Made by a program: the position numbers and the translations under genes. Shown one piece after another: positions 1-8,567 of a stretch of DNA of 32,000 bases. Under the pieces are notes generated by a model. The model worked only from the letters and a program-made list of their open reading frames with translations. It did no database searches and was not told the origin of the DNA. Each line of letters opens with the position of its first letter. Position 1 is the stretch's first letter. Source of the stretch: an uncultured archaeon (GTDB lineage Archaea > Asgardarchaeota > Thorarchaeia > Thorarchaeales > CAZPUN01); the NCBI GenBank assembly GCA_964589775.1, contig CAZPUN010000018.1, forward strand, positions 23,114 through 55,113, in the 5' to 3' direction.

Positions 1-1050
1 ATTTTTCAAGTCTGCAATAGTCTTATTTCCAGTTAAATACATAGCAACACGAAGCTCTTCCATAAATTGCTTGATTAACTGTTCAACAGCTTTTAATCCA
101 CCATTTAAAGCCGCATTCAAGAAGGGAAGTGCTACACCAACATAATCTGCACCTAATGCAATGGCTTTAGCAGCATCCAAACCGCTACGAATACCACCAG
201 TTCCAATTATTTTTAGTTTATCTCCACCACATTTACGAGTTTCAATTATACTTACTGAAGTCGGAATCCCCCAATCCCAGAATGTCTCGCCAACTTTTGC
301 TTTTAGTGAATCTTCATTACGCGAGCGATAAACCTCAACGCCAGACCAGCTGGTACCACCAGCACCACCAACGTCTATTCCGGCAATTTTTGCTTTTACA
401 AGAGCTGACGCAACTTTACAGGATATACCCGCACCGGTTTCTTTTGCAATGACCGGAATATTTACTTTCTTTACAAGATTCTCAATAGCAGCAAGCATAC
501 CTCTTGAATCTACATCACCTTCAGGCTGTACAGCTTCTTGTAATGGATTTAAATGAACAGCCAGAACATTTGCATCGATCATTTCTATTGCTTTATTCGC
601 AAAGTGAATGTGTGTAGCACCAATGTTACCAATGATAGGAATGTCTGGAGCAACATTTCGAACGACCTTAAAAGAATCCTGCACATCAGGATTTTCCACT
701 CCAGCTCTTTGACTGCCTACACCCATCGGTATATTATATTTCTGTGCAGCTTTCGCTAAAATTTCATTGATTTTTGTCGTTTCAGGATGACCACCAGTCA
801 TACCGGCAATAATAATAGGTGCAGAAACAGGATAGCCAAAAAATTCAGTTTCAAGTAGGATCGCATTCTTGTTTATTTCCGGCAAAGAATTATGTATAAA
901 TTCAATATCTGAAAATCCTGGAGATTTCTTAATAGCTTCAACATTTTCTTTTGCAGAAATTATTAAATGTTCGATTTTTCTCCGTGTGGTATCAGATTTA
1001 TTGTTCTCAAGGTCATGCAATAATGATTTAGATGCATCAGTACCAGCCAT
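1..1050 (-). CDS. fni: Type II (FMN-dependent) isopentenyl-diphosphate delta-isomerase; 3' end runs off the window
   Basis: Absent from the ORF track; my translation from ATG 1050 gives MAGTDASK...RRKIEHL...AGMTGG...GVGSQR...HLNPLQEAVQPEG...KETGAG...DVGGAGGTSW...FWDWGIPT...TGGIRSGLDAAKAIALGA, the IDI-2 motifs. The frame is open to position 1. Confidence 0.96.
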   Translation of the reverse strand, partial: MAGTDASKSLLHDLENNKSDTTRRKIEHLIISAKENVEAIKKSPGFSDIEFIHNSLPEINKNAILLETEFFGYPVSAPIIIAGMTGGHPETTKINEILAKAAQKYNIPMGVGSQRAGVENPDVQDSFKVVRNVAPDIPIIGNIGATHIHFANKAIEMIDANVLAVHLNPLQEAVQPEGDVDSRGMLAAIENLVKKVNIPVIAKETGAGISCKVASALVKAKIAGIDVGGAGGTSWSGVEVYRSRNEDSLKAKVGETFWDWGIPTSVSIIETRKCGGDKLKIIGTGGIRSGLDAAKAIALGADYVGVALPFLNAALNGGLKAVEQLIKQFMEELRVAMYLTGNKTIADLKN

Positions 1051-1093
1051 AGTATATCAACTCGATTAAGAAAGTTAATTTAATTCGAGATTA

Positions 1094-1113
1094 CAAAATA
1101 AAAAATAGAAAAT
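1094..1113 (-). terminator. Putative T-rich archaeal terminator of the tubulin-like operon
   Basis: The minus strand reads TTTTCTATTTTTTATTTTG just downstream of the stop at 1118. Confidence 0.4.
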
Positions 1114-1117
1114 AAAT

Positions 1118-2176
1118 TTATGGTTTCATCTGTGCCAATAAAGTTCGTAATCGGGGCTCTGCAAGCATAGCATTTTCAATCTGACAGATCAGCTTTGTAG
1201 TAAGACCTTCAATAACACGGTCAACCTCGTCAGTCTTCTTGTCTTCTGCTTTCTTCAGATGCGATTCTGCCTTTTTCTGTAGCATCTTTAAAATTCGTTT
1301 TTCAAGGTCGGGTCCACCCCAATCAAAGCTTAGAAATTCACGGCGACTCTCTGAAATTATAGATTCAAGATTATATTTTGCATCATTAAGTAAAACAGAT
1401 GCACTTTCAAAATATTTTGAAACAGCGCGCCTAACACGTTCCTCTTCAGTTGCACTTAGATATTTCTCTTCAGGACGTTTATGCTTTAATTCAATAAGTA
1501 AGCGCGCCCCAGGTGCTTCTGATAATAAAGATTTTACTATGGACATGATTGCCAAAGTTGGAATCTCAATAATTTTATCCATAAGCTCTGTTCGTGCAGT
1601 ATATCGGTGTAGTTCTTTTATTGCTTCGCTCCAGAATAACGGAATTATTATGTGTGCCCTACGGGAATAATCATCAATCATTCGTTCGATATTAGCAACG
1701 TAACCGAATCGATCATTAATGTCTTTGGTGCGTTTAAACTCATCTTTTTCGGGCTCGGGAGGTGTTGTGGGAATTAAATCTAATAAACCACTCTGAGGCG
1801 GATTAGATTGACCGGGAATAGGACCTGTAGGCACAGGAGCACTGCCTTCTATCATTCCTGTAGAAGTTGGTGTTGGCTTTGAAATTGGGTGTACCTTTGA
1901 AAGATTGACCAAGTCTGGTAATAATTGCTCAATTTGAGAGATTCGCTTTACAATTAATGAAAGAATATTTACTGTTGAGGATTTTAATGATGAATTCAAA
2001 GACATTTCTTCCATCCAGGATCTAGCTCTTGCAAGGCCTTGCCTGAGGCTGTCTACTTTATCGGGATCTACTTCCTGACTCAGTTGGATGTTGATTAAGA
2101 ACTGAATTAGTGTGGCATTTAATGTTGAAACCATTAGCATTTTGTCAATTAGGTCCTCAACAGGATACTCACTCAT
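1118..2176 (-). CDS. Hypothetical protein: N-terminal helical bundle, Pro/Thr/Gly-rich linker, helical C-terminal domain
   Basis: 352-aa ORF whose start overlaps the stop of the tubulin-like gene. GAGTG/GGAGTG RBS-like sequence upstream. Low-complexity linker PTPTSTG...PVPTGPIPGQSNPPQ...PTTPPEPE. Confidence 0.85.
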   Translation of the reverse strand: MSEYPVEDLIDKMLMVSTLNATLIQFLINIQLSQEVDPDKVDSLRQGLARARSWMEEMSLNSSLKSSTVNILSLIVKRISQIEQLLPDLVNLSKVHPISKPTPTSTGMIEGSAPVPTGPIPGQSNPPQSGLLDLIPTTPPEPEKDEFKRTKDINDRFGYVANIERMIDDYSRRAHIIIPLFWSEAIKELHRYTARTELMDKIIEIPTLAIMSIVKSLLSEAPGARLLIELKHKRPEEKYLSATEEERVRRAVSKYFESASVLLNDAKYNLESIISESRREFLSFDWGGPDLEKRILKMLQKKAESHLKKAEDKKTDEVDRVIEGLTTKLICQIENAMLAEPRLRTLLAQMKP

Positions 2177-3566
2177 TTAGAGGCACTCCTTCTGTTTCAG
2201 CCATATAATAGCTAAACAATTCCTTTACGTCATTTATTGCATCCACAAGTTCTTTTCTGGGAACACCCTTGGAACGCATAAACCACGATTGCTTCAATAA
2301 GGAAGGACCACTATGCAAATTAACTAACTGAGTTGCTTCATTTATAAGATGCGTCAATTCAGGAATCTTGGGTAGACCAAGAAGTGCCATAAATGTAGTA
2401 GGATGCTCCTCATCCTGATACTGAACATAACAAGGTGTTATTGCTGCACCCGGAGAAAGATATGGCTTCAACGCATCCTTAATATAAGGACCATATTCCG
2501 CACGAGCAACGTTCTTGTGTCCGGAGAATACGTAGAATACACTCTCAGCACTAGGATTATCACCAACATCAGCATAAGAACATTCTTTAATTGTGTAATC
2601 GACCATCGTAGAAATTTGCTTTGGCATACTACCTGCATCAGGAATAAGCCCTACATCATCATACAGTGCAGGAACCACAACAGGATCTAACCTACGCGAA
2701 TAATCTGCAAGATCGGTATTCGGAAAGACATCTTTTCCGGGCTCATAAATTCCTGGGTTTAACATATGATCTACTGCTTTAAGAGCCAATGGGTTTACCA
2801 ACTCGACGAAAGCTTGCTCCGTACGAAGATCCATTTCAGATTGTGAATCAATTGTAGACGGAACCATCTTTTCAACTTGAGAAACATCTGCAATGTCTAC
2901 ATTCAATTCACGATGTAGAAATTCAATTGTTTCTCCACTTCGCCATGCAAGAACACGTTTTAGCATAGTTCGGTTACTTAACAGGACCAATAGATCTGCG
3001 CCTCTATCTTGCAATTGGGCTCGCAGTAATTTTGAGATCGCCCAAATAGAGTTTAATGCTTCGCTGGATTGCCCCTCAAACGGCAAAACGCCCATCACAT
3101 AAACGAAAATCCTACGGTGTTCTTCTTCTTGAAAGCGTTGTTTCAATAATTCAATAAGAGCAGGAGTACCACCACAACCAGTACCACCGCCCAGTGATGT
3201 GAAGATTACAAATCCAGATACACCTTCGAACCCTAGAGATCTTAATTGGTCTAAAATAATGTCCTTTGAATCAAGTACATATTGGTAACCGTCCATGAAA
3301 CGGCCACCGACACCTATATCACTGGAACCATATAGTAATGTATTTTCCTTTGGGATGCCATATTTCTTTCGAACTTTCAACAAGTCAGACCTATCAGTGT
3401 TAATTAACAGATACCCTCTAATTCGTTTGGGAAGGGATTTCTCTCTTGCCTGTGCAAGATACGAACCTACTAAGTTTGAACCGGCTTCTCCAATTCCAAT
3501 AGCAAAAACTTCTGCAGTCCTACTTAATTCATCGTCAGCTCGTTCTTTTCCAAATAAATGTGACAT
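2169..3566 (-). CDS. Divergent tubulin/FtsZ/CetZ-superfamily GTPase
   Basis: T1 GIGEAG, T2 INTD, T3 GVGG, T4 signature SLGGGTGCGG, T5 VLPF, T6 LSN, T7 loop PNTDLAD. The C-terminal helices resemble tubulin H11-H12. Confidence 0.93.
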   Translation of the reverse strand: MSHLFGKERADDELSRTAEVFAIGIGEAGSNLVGSYLAQAREKSLPKRIRGYLLINTDRSDLLKVRKKYGIPKENTLLYGSSDIGVGGRFMDGYQYVLDSKDIILDQLRSLGFEGVSGFVIFTSLGGGTGCGGTPALIELLKQRFQEEEHRRIFVYVMGVLPFEGQSSEALNSIWAISKLLRAQLQDRGADLLVLLSNRTMLKRVLAWRSGETIEFLHRELNVDIADVSQVEKMVPSTIDSQSEMDLRTEQAFVELVNPLALKAVDHMLNPGIYEPGKDVFPNTDLADYSRRLDPVVVPALYDDVGLIPDAGSMPKQISTMVDYTIKECSYADVGDNPSAESVFYVFSGHKNVARAEYGPYIKDALKPYLSPGAAITPCYVQYQDEEHPTTFMALLGLPKIPELTHLINEATQLVNLHSGPSLLKQSWFMRSKGVPRKELVDAINDVKELFSYYMAETEGVPLNE

Positions 3567-3585
3567 TGCATCTATCCCTCAAAGT

Positions 3586-6279
3586 TTATTTTCCTTCAAT
3601 CATAGCTAGTGCAATTTCTTGCAAAGCCCAACTAAGATATGTTGATATATCTTTACGCGAGAATGTTTCTTTTATGCGTTTCTTCGCATCTTCAATATAC
3701 TTATCGCGTTCAGCTGGTGGAGCTCTGGGATTAAATCCACTTAGGTACATACGAAGTGTTTTATGCCAGTCATCAATCTCATCTAGTTTTCGGCGCCAAC
3801 GCTCTCGAAGAGCTTGAATTTCTTCATAAGTACCTAGTAATTCAGATAACATACGAGCTTTCAAAAGATTTTCTTCTGCTTGCTCTAACTGATTAAGTGG
3901 AAAGATTATTTCACTGAAATCGGATTTGTGCTTAGAATACACTCGTTGAACAGTACTGTAATAAGTAGTAGCAGCACGCAATTGCGCCTCGTAATCTTCT
4001 TTTTCCTTTTGATGTATATCTTTCAAGATCTTAAGCATCTCGTCTTGAATATTCGCAAGAGTTAAACATGTATCGAGCAATGGTTTAATGCTTCGAGATT
4101 TCATTTCTAGCTGCGAAGGTACTTGATCAAGTAATCCTTTTAATTTTGCAATAATGTCAGGATCTACTTTATTACCCATGAGATCTACCGCTTTTGTAAG
4201 TTGCGCCCATGAATCACGAGCCTTGTTTACGATTTTCTGCCTTAGTTCTGGAGCGGAGGTTATATTGGATAGTTCATCAAAAGCTGTTGCTGCAGCCTCA
4301 ACATCAGAATATGACTTTGCACGAATTTCTTCGATCTTTTTAAGCTCCTCTTTTACATCAACACCAATTAATTCAGCCTTTTGTAGCAAATTAATTATAT
4401 TGCCCATTTCAGAGTCCAGAATCGAGATAACAGAGCCTGCAATGTTCTTCTCATAGAGTTCGATCATCTTACGGGCAATCTTAGGTGCTTCAGACATTGA
4501 ATTTATCGTAATGCCTAGATTACTAAGTTCATTGACAGCCTCAAGCATTTTCTCTGGAATCTCTAGACCCGCATTTAACAATCGGGTGTTAGCCAAACGA
4601 ACTTTAACTGTAAGGCGATACCTAAGATTTTCCAATGCATCCTGAGCTTTTACGATTCCAGATTCTTTAACAGTTTTAAGATGATTTCGAATGGATTGGA
4701 AACTATTAAGCGTATCTAGAACATGTAATCCAGTATCCAAATGTGAAATTACAGGAACAAAGATATCCGCATATGCAGGCTTAATTGTCTGAAAGCCTTC
4801 TATCAAAGACATCAATTCTTGCTTTGAAGCATCTTTGAAATTATCAAGTCCTGAATTCACAGCGGCAATTAGATTCTTGAGTGAGGCAATAAGATAAACT
4901 AATGAAACATCTTGTTTGTCTATTTTCGGAATCTTTTTCATAAGTGTAGAAGTATCTAATACACCTTGTGCAGATGCCAATAATTCATTTAGCTTTTCAG
5001 TGTAATTCTTAATTTCATTCATTACTATTTTTCGAATGTTTTCTAAGAAATCAGTACCACGAAGGTAAAATTTGACAAGCTCTGAAATATTTGCTTTCTC
5101 AATTTTTTCTTCTACATTATCGACAAATTCTTTTACTTCATTAATATTGGGATATTCAATTAAGTCTTGGTTCTTTATGGCAGCATTTAGCTCGCTAATT
5201 ATTGTAGATACTTTTTCTTTCAGAGCAATTCTAACACTAGATTGCCATTCAAGCATCTTTTGATAACCCATAAGCACAATATTTGGATCATCAGTCTGAA
5301 GATTTTCTTGTGGTGGAGGTGGAATAACTTCGGATGTAGTCGGAATTCCGCCTTCTGCAATTAGGGAGGTTGTTTCATGCTTGATGTTGATAATTCGGTC
5401 TTGAATTAATCTAATTAACTTGGACTTTGCACTCTCATATTGCTGTTCTAATGAAAGCAATGTTGTAAGATTACTAGTCTTAGAAGCATCACGTGCAATT
5501 AATCGTAAGGATTGTATGAAATCAATTGGAAGTTCAATTCCAAGGCGTGAAGCGGTCTCAGCTGATGCCTGAAGTGATTCTACATTAATAATAATATTAC
5601 CAGAAAGTGCTTTTCCTACTTCACCCTTTCGACCATCAAGGTATTTCTGCTCCACCAGAAGAGTTTCACGCATATCCAGTAAATCCTCAAGGCGGGTTTC
5701 AGCAATAGTCTCACGTGATGATGTAATTGGTACTTCTCCACGATCTATCTTTATGTGTCGATCATATGTATCCAATGTTCTCTTATTTTCATCAAGTAGA
5801 ACCTTGAGATCCTTAATCAAACTCGAGATTAATTGCGAATAAATTTTTTCAAACGCAAATGCAAATTCATGTACAAGTTTCAAATCATTATCATCAATAC
5901 ATGCGACATCTGGAAATGCAAGAGATTCCAATTGTCTTGCATATTGTGCATTGAACTCTCTAATTCGAGGTAATAGATCTCGAACTTCACGGTAACGTCT
6001 CTTTAAACGGTCATGGGCTAAACGTAATGTTTCGTAAAAGTCTGTTTCAAAATCGCCAGACATTTTATTTAGGCTTTCTTCTAATTTTTTCTTCTTTAAG
6101 AAATTAAGACCTGATGTTGATTTTATTTCGCGCTCAAGTTTGTCCAGCTTACTATATATAGTATAAAGGTTGCGCATCGCAGTTTCAACTGCTTCGTTAC
6201 CATCAGGATTTACAGTGTTCAGAGCACTCCTTATCTCAGAAAGTGTATCAATATTCTTTCGGTATCTTCGTAATTCCAA
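3586..6279 (-). CDS. Large all-alpha coiled-coil/helical-repeat protein (~897 aa)
   Basis: The ORF is open to 6384, but the likely start is TTG 6279: GGCGGGT RBS-like sequence 7 nt upstream and a BRE/TATA at 6334-6348. Rich in E/K/L/I, with no visible P-loop or TM segment. Confidence 0.85.
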   Translation of the reverse strand: MELRRYRKNIDTLSEIRSALNTVNPDGNEAVETAMRNLYTIYSKLDKLEREIKSTSGLNFLKKKKLEESLNKMSGDFETDFYETLRLAHDRLKRRYREVRDLLPRIREFNAQYARQLESLAFPDVACIDDNDLKLVHEFAFAFEKIYSQLISSLIKDLKVLLDENKRTLDTYDRHIKIDRGEVPITSSRETIAETRLEDLLDMRETLLVEQKYLDGRKGEVGKALSGNIIINVESLQASAETASRLGIELPIDFIQSLRLIARDASKTSNLTTLLSLEQQYESAKSKLIRLIQDRIINIKHETTSLIAEGGIPTTSEVIPPPPQENLQTDDPNIVLMGYQKMLEWQSSVRIALKEKVSTIISELNAAIKNQDLIEYPNINEVKEFVDNVEEKIEKANISELVKFYLRGTDFLENIRKIVMNEIKNYTEKLNELLASAQGVLDTSTLMKKIPKIDKQDVSLVYLIASLKNLIAAVNSGLDNFKDASKQELMSLIEGFQTIKPAYADIFVPVISHLDTGLHVLDTLNSFQSIRNHLKTVKESGIVKAQDALENLRYRLTVKVRLANTRLLNAGLEIPEKMLEAVNELSNLGITINSMSEAPKIARKMIELYEKNIAGSVISILDSEMGNIINLLQKAELIGVDVKEELKKIEEIRAKSYSDVEAAATAFDELSNITSAPELRQKIVNKARDSWAQLTKAVDLMGNKVDPDIIAKLKGLLDQVPSQLEMKSRSIKPLLDTCLTLANIQDEMLKILKDIHQKEKEDYEAQLRAATTYYSTVQRVYSKHKSDFSEIIFPLNQLEQAEENLLKARMLSELLGTYEEIQALRERWRRKLDEIDDWHKTLRMYLSGFNPRAPPAERDKYIEDAKKRIKETFSRKDISTYLSWALQEIALAMIEGK

Positions 6280-6333
6280 CGCATTTACCCGCCTTTCTTT
6301 TTTTTGACCTTTAGAACCTTTATTGAAATTAAC

Positions 6334-6348
6334 ATATTTAACTCTTTC
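6334..6348 (-). promoter_or_regulatory. Putative BRE-TATA promoter of the tubulin-like operon
   Basis: The minus strand reads GAAAGAG-TTAAATAT, about 55 nt upstream of the TTG start. Confidence 0.45.
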
Positions 6349-6528
6349 AGATTTTAAGCACGCACTATTAAAGTATAGATTCATACTTCCATATAGGTAT
6401 AACGTTTTTATTTCAATTAATCCGAAAGTACTAATAAATTAAACTATCAACATTGCTGTGCATCAATAATTTTTTATGGATAATTATGTGCATTAACATA
6501 AAATTAGCTCAGGTCGTTGAAAACAAAA

Positions 6529-7584
6529 ATGATTAGAAAACCAAAAGATAGAGATTTTATTCAAACACAAGAAGATCTCTTTTTCTGTATTGTTGATTAT
6601 ATTCATCCAGAGAATTATTATACAGCATATCTAAAATATATACCCTCAGATAAAGGGAAATGGCAATTTGGAGATACTCATTATTGGAGAGTATTGAATT
6701 TTTATCATGTATTTAATGTTGAAAAAACATTTGAATTTCTGAAAGAAAGATTTCCACATTATATCAGACATGATAAGTTCAGACATATCGAAATGTCTAT
6801 GGTTCCAAAGGAGAAAATAAAACAGTATTTTATCCCTGAAAACCGCTTTGCAACTATTGTAAATTCTCCAAAAAATAGATTAGAAAAAGACGCCATAGAA
6901 ATCGCGGACAAAATCGCAAATGATGCAGGACTTGAGCTTAAGAATTTCGGAATTACAGGGTCTATTTTAATTGGGCTTGCAAATGAAAAGTTTTCAGATG
7001 TGGATCTTACAGTATATGGATTAAAGGAATCCCACAAAGTAAAACATGCATTAATAGAAATTAAGAATAAAAAGGATACAATTTATAAAATGCCCAGAGA
7101 ACGCCAAGAAAAATGGATCATGGATAAACAAAAACAATTTGGCATACCTTATTCGCTATCAAAATATCTGTTAGATATGAAATGGAATTATGGAATATTA
7201 CAAAATAGGCGATACTTCTCAATTCATCCAATACGAAAAGATAATGAAATAAATGAAAAGTACGGCGAAAAGGAATATATTGATCTTGGATATATAAAAA
7301 TCAAGGCGACTATCGTTGATGATAGCGAGGCAGTATTCTTACCAGCTATTTATAAAATAGAAAATGTTGAGATAATAGAAGGACCCAAAGTTGATAATCT
7401 TGTTAAAATAGTTTCATATGAAGGACTTTTTGGTGACATAACTACAAAAGATATGAAAATTATAGCCGCTGGAAAATTGGAGAAAGTAATTTGCAAAAAT
7501 AAGACATATTACCGCGTAGTCTTGGGTGCAGGAGGCTTGAAAAAACCACAGTACATGGGACCTATGGAGTTGATTAATGCATGA
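6529..7584 (+). CDS. COG1665-type predicted nucleotidyltransferase (Pol-beta superfamily), paralog 1
   Basis: Motif FGITGSILIG...SDVDLTVYG. N-terminal KDRDFI..F..V.Y.HP....AYLKYIP and C-terminal beta domain SYEGLFG...AGKLEKV. Alternative start TTG 6517. Confidence 0.85.
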   Translation: MIRKPKDRDFIQTQEDLFFCIVDYIHPENYYTAYLKYIPSDKGKWQFGDTHYWRVLNFYHVFNVEKTFEFLKERFPHYIRHDKFRHIEMSMVPKEKIKQYFIPENRFATIVNSPKNRLEKDAIEIADKIANDAGLELKNFGITGSILIGLANEKFSDVDLTVYGLKESHKVKHALIEIKNKKDTIYKMPRERQEKWIMDKQKQFGIPYSLSKYLLDMKWNYGILQNRRYFSIHPIRKDNEINEKYGEKEYIDLGYIKIKATIVDDSEAVFLPAIYKIENVEIIEGPKVDNLVKIVSYEGLFGDITTKDMKIIAAGKLEKVICKNKTYYRVVLGAGGLKKPQYMGPMELINA

Positions 7585-8567
7585 AGAAACGAAAGCCAAT
7601 AGACGGCGATGCAATTCTCACAAATGATGGGTTTTTATTTTACACATTTGGATATGAGCATCCAAAAGGTCGATATTATGGATTCCTAAAATATATTCCA
7701 ATAGATTATCAAAAATTATTCAATATTGAATGGTTACCCACAAAATGGATTCTTAATGGGCATACTGTAGTTAGACCGGCTGAGCTATATAGTCCTAGAT
7801 CATATAGAGAAATATTAAACACGTTAAAAGGACATTTCCAGAAATATATTTGGTTTAATGATGATTTAAAAAAAGAAATGATTACGGTTCCTGAAAATGA
7901 AATTGAAAAAATTTATCGTCCTAATGAATCACTCATGAAATTGTATAACAAAAAAGAAAAAGACAAGTTAGAAATAGCAGCAATACAAATAATTGAATTA
8001 CTTGCAGAACATTCAGGGGTTTCAATATCAAATTTTGGAATCCATGGTTCAATAAGCTTAGGGTCACATGACCCGGATAGAAGCGATGTAGACATTTCAG
8101 TATATGGGGCTTTAAACTTCAGGCAAGTTTTAGATTCAATGAAAGCACTTGAAAAGAACAAAATTATACAGATAAGTAGAAGAAATGATATAGAGCGAAT
8201 TAAACAAAATACCGCATTTTATAAAAACACACGGTTTGTAGTAAATGCTACTAGACTACCAGAAGAAATTCCCAGATATGATAGAACACACTATGCAATC
8301 GGAATTATTTCTGCAGTTTGTAAAGTTATAGATGATATGGAATCAGTTTTTAGACCAGCCATATATAATGTAAAATGCGAAAATCAAACAATTAATGTTC
8401 CAATTAAAAATGTTGTAAGCAATATAGGAATGCATAGATTCCTAGCAAAGAAAAATGATAAAATTAGGGTTAAAGGAATATTGGAAAAAATACATGAAAA
8501 TAATAAAAAATACTATGAAATAGTAATAGGAACAGGAGCTCCAGATGAATTCTTTAAAGTGCTGTGA
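7581..8567 (+). CDS. COG1665-type predicted nucleotidyltransferase, paralog 2
   Basis: Motif FGIHGSISLG...SDVDISVYG; GYEHP...FLKYIP. ATGA overlap with paralog 1. Confidence 0.85.
   Translation: MKKRKPIDGDAILTNDGFLFYTFGYEHPKGRYYGFLKYIPIDYQKLFNIEWLPTKWILNGHTVVRPAELYSPRSYREILNTLKGHFQKYIWFNDDLKKEMITVPENEIEKIYRPNESLMKLYNKKEKDKLEIAAIQIIELLAEHSGVSISNFGIHGSISLGSHDPDRSDVDISVYGALNFRQVLDSMKALEKNKIIQISRRNDIERIKQNTAFYKNTRFVVNATRLPEEIPRYDRTHYAIGIISAVCKVIDDMESVFRPAIYNVKCENQTINVPIKNVVSNIGMHRFLAKKNDKIRVKGILEKIHENNKKYYEIVIGTGAPDEFFKVL

Noticed and set aside
2169-3566. Calling the GTPase ftsZ or cetZ
   Set aside because: It lacks the FtsZ GAGA/G.GAG.NP T3 pattern and the FtsZ-type tail, and has tubulin-like terminal helices. 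The subfamily cannot be assigned without a phylogeny.
3586-6279. SMC/Rad50 ATPase
   Set aside because: No Walker A/B, signature motif or zinc hook is visible.
6280-6384. ATG 6384 as the start of the 932-aa ORF
   Set aside because: The extension contains the BRE/TATA-like element and an RBS-like sequence positioned for TTG 6279.
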